From assembly GCA_023334545.1 (NCBI GenBank), contig JAADVB010000023.1, positions 1 to 64,000 of the forward strand: a stretch of DNA of 64,000 bases, written 5' to 3'. This document shows positions 53,466-64,000 of this stretch, one piece after another (the stretch's first letter is position 1; the number at the start of each line of letters is the position of its first letter). The position numbers and the translations under genes were made by a program. Below the pieces are notes generated by a model, which had not been told where the DNA came from, did no database searches, and saw nothing but the letters and a program-made list of their open reading frames with translations. Source of the DNA: Salisapilia sapeloensis CBS 127946. Lineage: Eukaryota; Protista; Oomycota.

Positions 53466-56400
53466 ATGGGGGCTGCTCAGGGCGTTGCTCTTCACCATGT
53501 AGATGATGGTGTTGAGCTCCGGCAGGAGCTCCATGCGTTTGCCTCATGTACTATTTCTTTCATCCATATGATAAAATGCAAACGTATATAAAGATTTTAC
53601 GTGGATACAGGGGAGCTAGCTGACGTACAGGACTTGTACAAACGCTTTCAGACAATCCAGAGCTTGTCTATTTCAGCAAAACAATTGGAAGTTCTTTTGG
53701 CTTTAACTCCTCAAAGTCAAGTGCCGGTGCAGGACATCTTTTCACTGCTTGATGAAGACACAGACGGCCGAATCGACAGCTTAGAGTTCATTGCAGCACT
53801 CATATGTGTATCGAAAGCTACTTTTGAAGACAAAATGCAGTGTAAATCATTTTATAATCTGGCCTAAACATGCTTGTACTTACAGTCGTCGATACATTCC
53901 AGTCGCTTTCGATGTCTTCGATTTTAATCACAACGCTGCCTTATCTTCCACAGAACTGGTACGCATGTAGCAATATCATTAAATGTACTAAAGCTCATAC
54001 ATGATGTACTAGGCTTTGCTCATGAAATCCATGTGGAGTGGCATGAGAAAATTTTCCTCATTGGAAGAATCTTTGGATGAGAATAACGTAGGAGGCAGTC
54101 GCCCTGAAGACATTTTACTAACGCAGAATTGGCTCCATCTATCCAGATCAGCATTTGAACGCTACGACCGAGATGCTAGCAGCACGCTCTCCTATGACGA
54201 GTTTATGGACTGGGCAAGAAGTCATCGTGTGTTCATGCTACAAATCGAAAGGTTTAAACGAGTGTCTCTTAAAGCGGCAGCAAGCACATCGTCAGCAGTT
54301 GTTGTCAATGCGAAAGCAGAGGAAGAGGAATATGACCTGGAAATGGAACTGCGGTATTGTGATCAACTTTCTACCGGAGAGCAAAGAAAAAACAAGATAC
54401 GGGTGGAGGGTGAGCAGCAGACTGCAGCTAACTTTTGGAATAGCCCAAATGTTTCTGTAGTGAAGCCGCCTTCGGCCAATTTGGAGCTAGAATGGATTTA
54501 TGGCGCACCTAGCTACCATGGCCGCGGGTTGTGCTCTTACCTGGATAATGGCAACGTAGTTTACGTTGTTTCCAAGTATGCGATTGTCTATGACCCTCAG
54601 ACGCATTCACAGCGGTCATATCAGCGTCATTTAAATCCCATCGGCTCGTTGGCAGTCAGTTTGAGTCTTAATGTAGTGGCAACTGCTGACTTGAATGATG
54701 ATAACGGACCAGCGATAGTGCATGTTTGGAAGGCAGGTACACTTGAATGTCTTGCACAGCTGGGCACAAGCTGTTTAAGTGGGGTAGCAGCGGTCGCGCT
54801 ACCTTCCATTGACACCAAGCTGCGTGAAAGAGGCCGACCGAGTTACATCGATGACGCAGATACAATCAGAAGAGACGATTGGCGAGTTGAGGATTGTACA
54901 ATTGCAGTGGCTGATCGTAATGGATGTATTTATCTCTGGAATTGGGCCACTGGTGAGTATTTCACCACAGTGGACGTCTTGACGGCTTTACATCGAAAAG
55001 TTGTTTCGATGGCGTTAGCAGGTAATGGACAAGAACTGGTCATCTGTCGAAAGCACTGGATCGAATTTTATGTCTTGGAAGAAAAGAGATTGGTTTATAA
55101 GCCTGCTCTGCTTATCGATCAATACCGTGGAAACCCACCTACATGTACAAGTGCATTGTACACAGGTGACCATCAGGCAGTCCTCGGTACGGTTACTGGA
55201 CAACTATTATTTTTCCACTATTATCAACATGTGAAGACAGTGCAAGCACATGAAGCAGGAAGCGCTGTAAATGCTTGTTCACTTTCATATACTTCATCCA
55301 TATTGCTGACAGCTAGTACTGGTGGCTGCATTAAGCAATGGGATTTAAACGGAGATACGCTTGGCAAGTCATTGATCGTTGCAAACTTTGTGGACGATCG
55401 GGTTTCTTCTCTCTTTCAGAACGAGTCATTTTGTTTATCCAGTGTCGCATACAACGTCGCTCGGCGCTCGTTCCTCGTTGGAACGAGAAGTGGATTTGTG
55501 GTTGAGCTCTATGAAAATGACTTAAACGAGCACCGAGATAGAAACGACTGCCATGTTATCGCAGGTAGTCATAGTGGGCATGCAATTAGGTGCTTGGCGA
55601 CAAGCCAAAGGTCTACTACATTTGCCACCGCGAGTGCGAGTGAGTCGAGCGTGTACTTGTGGAGTTTACGGAAAAGAACTTGCGAACGCATTGGCCGATA
55701 TCCGAAACAAGCTACATCCTTGGTATTTTCATCATGCGGTTCGTATCTGATAGTAGGATTCAAAGACGGATCACTTAAAGTTTTAAATGGTCGAACACTC
55801 GACTGCTTGCAGACAATCGTATCTTCTGAAAGCTCAGTGAATGCATTGAAGCTTTCCCTCGATAATTGTGTACTTGCAGCAAGCTGTAGCAATGGCTGCA
55901 TCGTTCTATTCCAGTTCGACAAAGTGCAGAGAAAATTTAACCGTTGTGGACTTGTTGATGGCACTGAGACAGGGTCTAGAAATAGGAAGAATATAGCCGA
56001 GTGTGTTGATTTGAGTCCTGATGGAGGAATGCTACGATGCCAGTACTCGAATGGACTTGTAAAAATGTGGAATGTCCAGCAGGAGTGTATCCAAGTTATC
56101 ACTCCGAGTGAACGAAATATTGGTGCTTGGGATTCAATTAGCGTCGATAAGGGAGAGATGGCATTCAGCAACCCGTCGATACGGGTAGTTTCCGCTGTGA
56201 AAAAGGATCTCGAATGTGTAGTAAGCTCTACAGGAGAACTACTTATACAGCATATCTCTTATGACGAACCGGATGGAAATCTTGCGTTGATCGATAGTAT
56301 TCCAATGAACAAAGCGCATCCGTTCGCGCATGTGCCTTGCAGTGGAAGCAATGTAGCTCAGTTGGGCTGCATGGCCGGGGGATTTGCTCTCCAGGATAAT

Positions 56401-59400
56401 ATCTTCCTCTCCACTGTCGGTGTTGATGGCACAATTTGCCAGTGGAAAGTCAAGCGAAATTTGCCAACTAATGATAGATTCGACTTAAGCGCTGCTTTAA
56501 AAGACTCTATGGAAGCGTTAGAGATCTTAGGGCTGAAAGACATTTACTTTTGTAATGATGAACTGGACGAATGTTACCCGGCCGGTTTCAGATTTTCTAG
56601 TAAAGATAATATGCGTGATAAATCAATGGACTTGGATAAAAGTGGATCTGACATAGTATTGTCGGCTGAGCCACCACTGCTGGATCTATGCGCTGGATTA
56701 GTCTTCGGAATGAACTACGGATGTTGTTTTAGTGGTAATGGCATAACGGTGTCCACAAGTGACCGATCAATATTGTACTCGGCCGGATCAATGATTATCG
56801 AATCTGACATCTATGAAAGTCGGCAGACTCGCGTATTTCCGTCTGGACTGCACTACACTGTTACGTGCATCGTCAAGCACCCAACAAAACCTCTACTTGC
56901 ACTTGGATCTAGAGACGTCTCAACAATTATCGTTTGGAACACAGAGGAGAACACGCAGACTAGTGTCCTTTGTGGCCGGGAACGATCTACATTAATTATA
57001 GCAACCTTTCTTCCGCAACACTCGTCCGCCAAGTCGTTTTCATATTTATTGGCTACGGTGTGGTATGATCACTTAACAGGCGCTCATTTTCTCTCTATCT
57101 TTGACAGTGAAGCCAACCAAACTCCTGTCCTTACCATTATGATGACAAGACTGCCCGTCGTAGCTATAGCATCCACTGGCACGGCTAAAAGTGCGATAGA
57201 ATACCAATTTGTGACTACTGGTATTGGCCACGTGACATTTTGGATGTATAATGCCGCGCTTAATCAGCTCCAAGACGAAGAAGCTAGTTTACCAGTAAAA
57301 CCTGACTTATGGCAGTTTACTTGTATGGCGATTGCTGGTGGGAAGGTTGTTGCGGGAACTGTTAACGGAGATATAATTGTGTGGCGAGACCCTCATACGC
57401 CGATTATCTATTCATGCCCGACAGAACTCTTGGTAAATGTGGTAGATGCAGACAAAAGAGGTAAGATTGCAGTAGTGTCAATCATCTACGACATATCTCG
57501 AAGCCAAGTAGCTGTCATGCATAGGTCAGGGCATATTACGTTGTGGTCGCATGAAAACCTTAGGACAAATGCGGACCAGGCACTAGAGCTTCTTGGCGTC
57601 ATTGATCTACAAGAAGCCATCCAAAACTGTAGTTCAGCTAGCACCGAAGCAATAGAAATGTCGCAACACAGCAACAGTAGGTACATGCGATTGTCTACAA
57701 GATGCGGATATCATTTAGGTGATGGCGGGCTACTTTTGTTACTCGACTCGGGGATGCTGTTTCGAATAGAAGGTCGGGTATTGGAAGATCCTTCGGCTGC
57801 TAAAACAATGAATCCAGCACTTGACGTCTGTGTGCCAATACTTAAAGGTATCACTACTAGAAAGGATACAATGTCAGCACGACCGGGATCCGATGAAGTG
57901 GCTTTAGCATCAGACATACGAATAGAAATTTGGGATGTAAGGTCCCAAACCATACTTAGGCAAAGCTTGCAGTCAGCTGCTGCTACAAGTATGACCTGGA
58001 ACGTCGAGGGCACTGAGCTCGCCATCTCTACTTTAGATGGCAACATATCTGTATATAACGGAAGCTCACTCGAGTGCAAAACGACTTTCCCTTGTGGTCA
58101 TTCTGACAGTGCTGCGCTTCCCAAATGGTGTCACTCCATGACATATAGTCGACGTCTAGAATCCGGTGTGGAACGACTTGCGCTTGGATGTCGAGATTAT
58201 CGTATATATGTTTATGAGAGCCAAAGTGACATCGAAACGTACTCTTTAACTCACGTTTTTGATGCCCATACTGCTCCGATCAAAGCCCTCGATTTCTCGT
58301 TTGATAGTACTTGGCTTCAGTCAGCTTCGAACAGACAAAGCAGTCAGGTAATGCAGTGGAAAGTAAGTAATCACGAAGGTGATACAGATTCAGTGGCGTG
58401 CACTCTTCGAGAGGAGAATTGGAGAACTTTATCCACCGCCACGATGGCTTGCTCCGTGAGCGCTAATGTCTACGACGTATCTGCATTCGACCGTATTAAG
58501 TCAGATGTGGATGATGTCAAGTGGCAGTCATGTCTTCCAACCATGGCATTCGGTACAGAAGATGGCGTTGTCTTATTACTGACTCATCCATCTAACTCTA
58601 GTCATGGCCAGTCTTCTGTCAAGGATTATCCAGGTTACTTTTCTAAAAAAATGGATGTTTCATTCGTTCAGTTTTCTCCAAGCAATCGGCTTGTTCTGAC
58701 GAGTGGTACTGACACTAATAACACATCCATTGCGATTATATGGACGACAGACTACGAACAAGAGATGAAGCAGATAACACATTTGGAAGGTGAAGGCCGA
58801 CAGGATGTCGTGTCACTAGATGGCTCTGATCTCCACGACGAGAGTGAAGTCGATTACAGTGAATGGAAGCAAGAAGACATTGGAGATGAGTTTCTCGCTG
58901 TCAAACCTTGGCTTGGTGCTATCTATGAGCCATCCAAAGTTGACAAAACCGCCTTTAGCACCCTCCAGCCTTCGTCTGATCTCTTGTTAGATCATGTTTA
59001 TGGCCGAAACTTGGCAGTATCGGCTTCCTACGGTGCATCCTCTTCTGAAATTGTGTATGCTGCTGGCGCCATTGGTGTTATTTACAGGACAAAGTCTCGT
59101 CAGCAACGTTTTAATCAAGTACACCGCTCCAACTATGTATCTGCCATGGCAGTTCACCCTTCGCATGACATTGTCGTGTCCAGTGAATGCGGCATCAAGG
59201 GTGCACCTGTAGTAGCTGCTTGGGATGCGAAAGATGGGTCTGTTCGATGTACTGTAAAGTCTCCCCATCGCCGCGGAATTTCCTTACTCCGTTTTAATGG
59301 GCAAGGGACAACGCTGGCGTCCCTTGGAATGGAGGATGACCATGCAGTGACACTTTATGCGGTTCAAAATGGAGCTCACAAAGACGTTTGTATCCGCATG

Positions 59401-60903
59401 ATTTCTACGATGAAATCGTCAAGGCAACGTGTGTTTGACTTGTGCTTTGGTGATGAGGATACGTTCGTCACTTGTGGTACCAAGCACATCCTCTTCTGGG
59501 AACACGCTGTCCAAGCGAATAAGCTGGGTCATGGCAGTCGTCGCGTGGTAAAGGCTATATCGCTGTCAGCGAAGAAAGGTTTGCTATCTAGTCACAAGCT
59601 ATGCAATCCGAACACGACGTTACTGGCCGTTCTTGTGTTTTCGAAGCAATGCACCATTTCAGCTCAATCAAACGGAAGTTTCTATCGCTGGAGTAGTCGA
59701 AAGTGCACCGACGTCCAAGTACAAGCACACGACGGAGCCATTCATGCGCTAGCCTACCATCCCTCTGACTCAGCGCGATTTATCTCTGCTGGAGATGATG
59801 GCAAAATAAAAATCTGGAAGTTGTCCTTCGAGTTATTGCGCACGATCGACATGAATGCAGTAACTGAAAAGCCGACTCGTGATATCACTCATCACAAAAG
59901 AATACCTGTTCGTGGCGTACAAGTTTCTGGAAACAAGTACCTCGTTTCCACTGCAGACGGAAAGATCTTTGAGGTTGCAGATAAAGAAGGCATATTGTCG
60001 TCTTGGGGTTCGAGTTCGAAGAATATGAAAGTGCACGTCGATGGTCACTACCAGGGAGAGCTGTGGGGCTTTGCGATGCACCCCACACGAGAGAAATTTG
60101 CCTCTGCTGGGGACGAAGGAACCATTCGATTATGGGATTTGAGATCTCGTTCGCTGCTATCATTGCGAGAGCAAAAGAGTGCGAAATCTTTACCTCGAGC
60201 TCTTGCCTTCTCATGTGACGGCCTGCACTTGGCAGTCGGATGCTCAGATGGAAGTATTACAATTTTGCTGGAATCCTTAAACCGTGTGGTGACATCTTGG
60301 AAGTGCTCACACAGAGCCGTACAAGTGATCCAATACTCAGGAGACGGACGCATCCTTGCCGTCGGAGCACACGATTGTAAGGTACATCTTTACAGTACGC
60401 ATTCTTACACGAGGCTCGGTGAAGCTGTTGGTCACTCTGGGACGGTCATGCATCTCGATTTTGCAAAGCATTCGAGCTCCATCTTCCAGTCTACATGCAC
60501 CGCGTCTGAGCTTCTATTCTGGGAGCTTCAAGCAGCAGGTGGGAGCAAGAAGCTGGTCGTGAAGCAGATCAAGCATCCGAGCCGCCTTCGAGATGTTAAG
60601 TGGGAATCGTGGACATGTCCGTTTGGCTGGAGCGTCCAGGGCATTTGGCCGAAAGAAACTGACGGCAGTGACATCAATGATCTGTGTCGTAGCTCGGAAG
60701 GAACTAGTCTGGTGACAGGAAATGACGATAAAGTGGTTCGTCTCTTCCGATACCCGTGTGTACTGAAGGGTGCTGATGCAAAAATGTATGTCGGACATGC
60801 GTCTCACATCACGAATTGCCGCTATTCGTTGCGTGACCAGTACGTCGTGACCACAAGCGGCAGAGATCGAGTGATCTGCCAATATCGATTTGTATACAAG
60901 TAA
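53466..60903 (+). CDS. EF-hand + EML-like (HELP/WD40) microtubule-associated protein, about 2430 aa; 4 exons
   Basis: Exons 53466-53547, 53611-53841, 53903-53958 and 54013-60903. MGAAQG N-terminus; EF loops DEDTDGRIDSLE, DFNHNAALSSTE and DRDASSTLSYDE; HELP-like LELEWIYG and LLLDHVYG; WD40 arrays; EML-type C-terminus GIWPKETDGSDIN...VRLFRYPC...GHASHIT. Confidence 0.92.
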
Positions 60904-60986
60904 TCTGACGAAAAGAATTGCCAAAAACGTTATCATGAATAGAGTACATCACGTTCTCATTGTCCATACGTTGCATACGCCTCAGT

Positions 60987-61989
60987 TCAGTCCACTCGAT
61001 AGTCAAAGTAGCGCTGATCTATGTAGTTGTTTTCGAAGCAAAATTCAGTCATGGCTTCAGTCAAAATATGGTTCCACGGCTCTTGCTCTTCCCCTTCTCT
61101 CTTTAGCCGATTGAGCAGATTCCGAACGTCATAAAACATAATGTCACGATCAACACGGTCGTTGAGCAAATTGTGAATCTGCCGGACATCCATTCCAGCA
61201 TCTCGTAGCTCTCTCACTTGCTCAATCTCTTCATTCGTCCAATTGGTGCGATTGCTCACAAAGTTCTTATACTCATCTTTAGACAATTCGTGGTTGTGGG
61301 TCGTATTCACTTTGGAAATTCGAACCACGTGCTTTTTTGCTTTTGGCATACGAACAAGCAAGGCGTTAATCTTTGCCGGGCAGTTATGGCATCGCATACT
61401 TTTCCGCTTTCGCTTGCCTGTGCCACGAGAGCGAAACTTGCCTCCATATACGCATTCGAACGTAACTGAGTAGCATCCCCACGATTCGTCGAGATACTCA
61501 TCATCGTGTGGAAGCTTTTGGGATGTGTCATGTCTCGAGTCCAAACGAGCATTTCGAGTTTTAACTGACGTACTGGTTCGATTCCGAAAACACTACATGC
61601 CTTCAAGTAAGCAAGGATACATTTTTAAAGTAGAGGAAAATAGTATACTGAAGAAAACGTACTTGGTGTGTGCTGAGCTGATATTGGCGTAGGTACGAAT
61701 GAAGATCATCCCACGAATTAAAGCATCGCTGACTTGGAGGCTCTGCGGTAATCTGTATGACAGGAAGGTCATTTTCATTATTTTCTTCAGGAGCTTGTGC
61801 TTCATGTGTTCCTCGCTCCGTGCTAGCACTCCGTTTGCTTTCCTTTCTCGGACGATTATCATGCATTCCATCGTAGTCTGCTTGGTCCAGCAGAACCTGA
61901 GTGCCATTTCTTGCAAATGCACTATCTGTAGAGAGCCCAGTTGGCTTCCCGTGCTCTGTAGTATTGGACATGGACGACAAATCGCTCAA
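60987..61989 (-). CDS. MULE-derived FAR1/ZSWIM3-N-type zinc-finger DNA-binding protein lacking a DDE domain, 310 aa; 2 exons
   Basis: FNSWDDLHSYLRQY...THQ spliced to CFRNRTSTSV (70-nt intron 61593-61662); FECVYGG...RGTGKR...CPAKINA...HNHEL (C-x-C/HxH finger); helical DVRNLLNRLK. Confidence 0.78.
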
Positions 61990-62195
61990 ATGTGCGCTTT
62001 GTTTTTTGTTGTTCCTACTCCTTGCTACTAGCGCTTAATTTACTTCGCTTTTATATTGAGTAGTTTATGTGGGTCACATTACTTTTCTGTTGTAATTTTT
62101 AGCTTCTGGTAGCAAACCATACTGTTTAAGCAGCCAATTTGCCTTGCTCAGGCTCGACCAGCATGGGATTAAAAATGTGCATAACGCACTTATTA

Positions 62196-62400
62196 GAGGA
62201 TGTCAAATCTGCCAAAATTGCAAAATATAATAAGGTGTCTGATTGCCAAATTATCGGGTATAGTTCCTAAAAAGTCAAAGATTTTATTTCTAGTGTTCGT
62301 GCGTCGATTCATTTTATTTTGAAAATCATATGAGTAGAAGCGAAAGTTGAGAATCTTACTGGAAAAATTAAGTTGTGTTTTTGCAAAGTTTGACATCCCC
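62196..62400. repeat. Imperfect terminal inverted repeat around an AT-rich ~200-bp core (possible MITE relic)
   Basis: GGATGTCAAA (62198-62207) is the exact reverse complement of TTTGACATCC (62389-62398), with further loose matching (TGCCAAAA vs TTTTGCA). No target-site duplication found. Confidence 0.35.
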
Positions 62401-62655
62401 ATTCTACAGCTATATGCAGGAATTCCGAAATGTATCGGCTCGACAATTTATTTGTTTCGTTCCAATCATTTACTTTCCATCTTTCTAGAGTCCAACCCAC
62501 TTACTTGTTTTTAGCAAGTATTGCAACTAGTAATACCTAATGAGTTTATAGCTCCTCAAGGGATGTTTCTCGTGGTAGAAAACAGAATAATACACTTGAG
62601 TGCGCTGTAGCAAATTTCAAACCGGTCTAGGGTTTACTTCCTACTTCTTGCTCTC

Positions 62656-62707
62656 GGCTTCAACTTACCGCTTCAACCTACCGCTTCAACCTACCGCTTC
62701 AACCTTT
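62656..62707 (+). repeat. 13-bp tandem repeat, 4 copies
   Basis: GGCTTCAACTTAC CGCTTCAACCTAC CGCTTCAACCTAC CGCTTCAACCTTT. Confidence 0.9.
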
Positions 62708-63169
62708 TACTTTAACTCTAAGCACGCATGTCAGGCTTGACTCAGATCCTCTTCCTGCAACACATCTGGGCTTCAAATACAAGAATGCCAGCTATGATCC
62801 TTTTGCTAGTTCGAGAGTGTTATCGTCCTTGACGATCACGCGCGAATCTAGACGAGTGCGACGCGTCGAGACCAGGATCAGGTCCGACTCTGTCAGATTC
62901 ACTGGACGAGACTCCTCGTAGCCTAGAAGCACTCTTTAATTTCCTTTCTAAGTCTGAAGTCAATATCGACTTGCATACACAACAAACGACTTATCTTTCT
63001 CTTCGTTTGTGACAGTTAACTAACTATTAAAGCGTGACAAAGCAAGTTTCTGTCATGTGGAAACCCAGATCAAATGGATTCTAACACCACTTCAAGCTTG
63101 CGACCCCGTCGTGCTCGACGCACGCACTAAAGGTGTGCGGTGGCACCATCTACCCCTTCATCCTTAAAG

Positions 63170-64000
63170 ATGCCCACGACGGCCGTTCGCCTTTCGCTTA
63201 TTGAACAACGACGTCTAATCGCCAGTCGGTAGCGTTGCCGGAGCCCGTGGGTCCGCCTTTCTCCGCTCCACCAGCCTCTGGGCACACCTCCAGCCGCCGT
63301 GATTATAGTGCGAGCGAGGAGGACAATGCAACAGCGTCCGGACACCCCAGTAGTGGAGGTGTCCAAGACGATTCACCAGTATCATTCTGAGCTCCCCTCG
63401 CCACAACGCGATCCACCGGCCGAGCTGCCAGAGCTGTCACCCTCGCCTCGAAATGCTTCTGAACATCTCCCCGAGGGGGAAGCCCGAGCAGGACTTCCTC
63501 TCCCACCCTACCAATAGTCTTTTCCTCCACCTGCTGCTGGCAATGAATTTATGATGCAATTTGGTCAAACGATGATGCAGCAGCAAACATAATTCATGAA
63601 CCAAATGTTTGCAATTTACACACTCTCACAACGCCGGTCACCTCAGAAGAAGAAGAATCCTTCCACGTTTGACGAAAAAAACAGTAAAGACATCGAGTAT
63701 TTTGTATGCATCACGGAGGAATACAATTCGACTGATTGCCGCGTTCGCATGGAGGCTGACACAGCCGAGTTTACGACTCTTGTCTACGCGAATTTGGGCC
63801 AGGTGACTCGAACCTTCGTGCATGAAGTCAAGATAGCACTGATAAATGAGGATGGCGGCACGTCACCACTAGTGTGGCCGCTCCTAAAGGCCAAGCTTCA
63901 TGAACGTTTCCGTGAAAAGGAGTTTGAATGTAAGGTCTTATCCTAGCTCTATCAATTGCATCCGACAGGCACGCAGTAAAAATACACAAGTCGCTTCCTA
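63170..64000 (+). pseudogene. Decayed LTR-retrotransposon (Gypsy-like) gag, continuing off the right edge
   Basis: One frame reads MMQFGQTMMQQQT*FMNQM...KKKNPSTFD...EYF...TEEY...EFTTLVYANLG...W..LKAKLHERFREKEFECKVLS*LYQLHPTGTQ*KYTSRF, a retrotransposon-gag-like pattern, with in-frame stops at 63515, 63590, 63944 and 63977. Confidence 0.7.

Noticed and set aside
61575-61585. GGTTCGATTCC, a perfect tRNA T-loop / Pol III B-box
   Set aside because: No T-stem, acceptor stem or D-arm can be formed, and it lies inside a coding exon on the other strand.
63000-63060. GTGACA...GCGTGACA as a possible LTR 3' end
   Set aside because: No matching TGTCAC start or tRNA primer-binding site nearby.
63515-63979. 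CAA/CAG-to-TAA/TAG stops in gag as a RIP-like mutation signature
   Set aside because: Nonsense changes at Gln codons necessarily create TA, four events are too few, and there is no intact copy to align.
1-64000. CRISPR arrays, rRNA, tRNA, telomeric repeats, selenocysteine read-through
   Set aside because: None seen by eye. The nucleoredoxin has a normal CPDC site. A tRNAscan-SE or Rfam run would be needed to exclude divergent RNAs.

Overview
Gene-dense eukaryotic DNA from an oomycete (stramenopile), read with the standard genetic code. The assignment rests on two elicitin-domain genes, a GPCR-PIP kinase fusion, a FYVE-GAF protein and oomycete-type INR/FPR core promoters. I can support about 27 protein-coding genes. 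Many contain short spliceosomal introns (most 49-63 nt) that fragment the supplied ORF track. Recognisable genes: PLAA/DOA1, methylmalonate-semialdehyde dehydrogenase, nucleoredoxin, GLE1, RPS27, an atypical importin-alpha, two elicitin-like proteins, an RCC1-repeat protein, RFWD3, a patatin lipase, TAF5, riboflavin synthase, an Egt2/LCD-like PLP lyase, a SYLF protein, TFIIH p44, a GPCR-PIPK and a very large EF-hand/EML WD40 protein. The right end becomes transposon-derived (MULE/FAR1-type gene, tandem and inverted repeats, decayed retrotransposon gag). Best leads: (1) the three longest introns (98, 114 and 236 nt; ALDH6A1, importin-alpha-like, RPS27) each fold, by hand pairing, into a hairpin at or over a normal-distance cryptic 3' splice site whose use would give an early stop; (2) an importin-alpha with no IBB domain but a C-terminal zinc finger and NLS-like basic tail; (3) a fungal-looking NAD(P)-binding gene (HGT candidate); (4) a mitochondrion-targeted protein of 8 helicase-associated repeats; (5) a riboflavin synthase with a putative tail anchor. 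All family calls come from recognising motifs, and all folds were paired by eye. No search or folding program was run.
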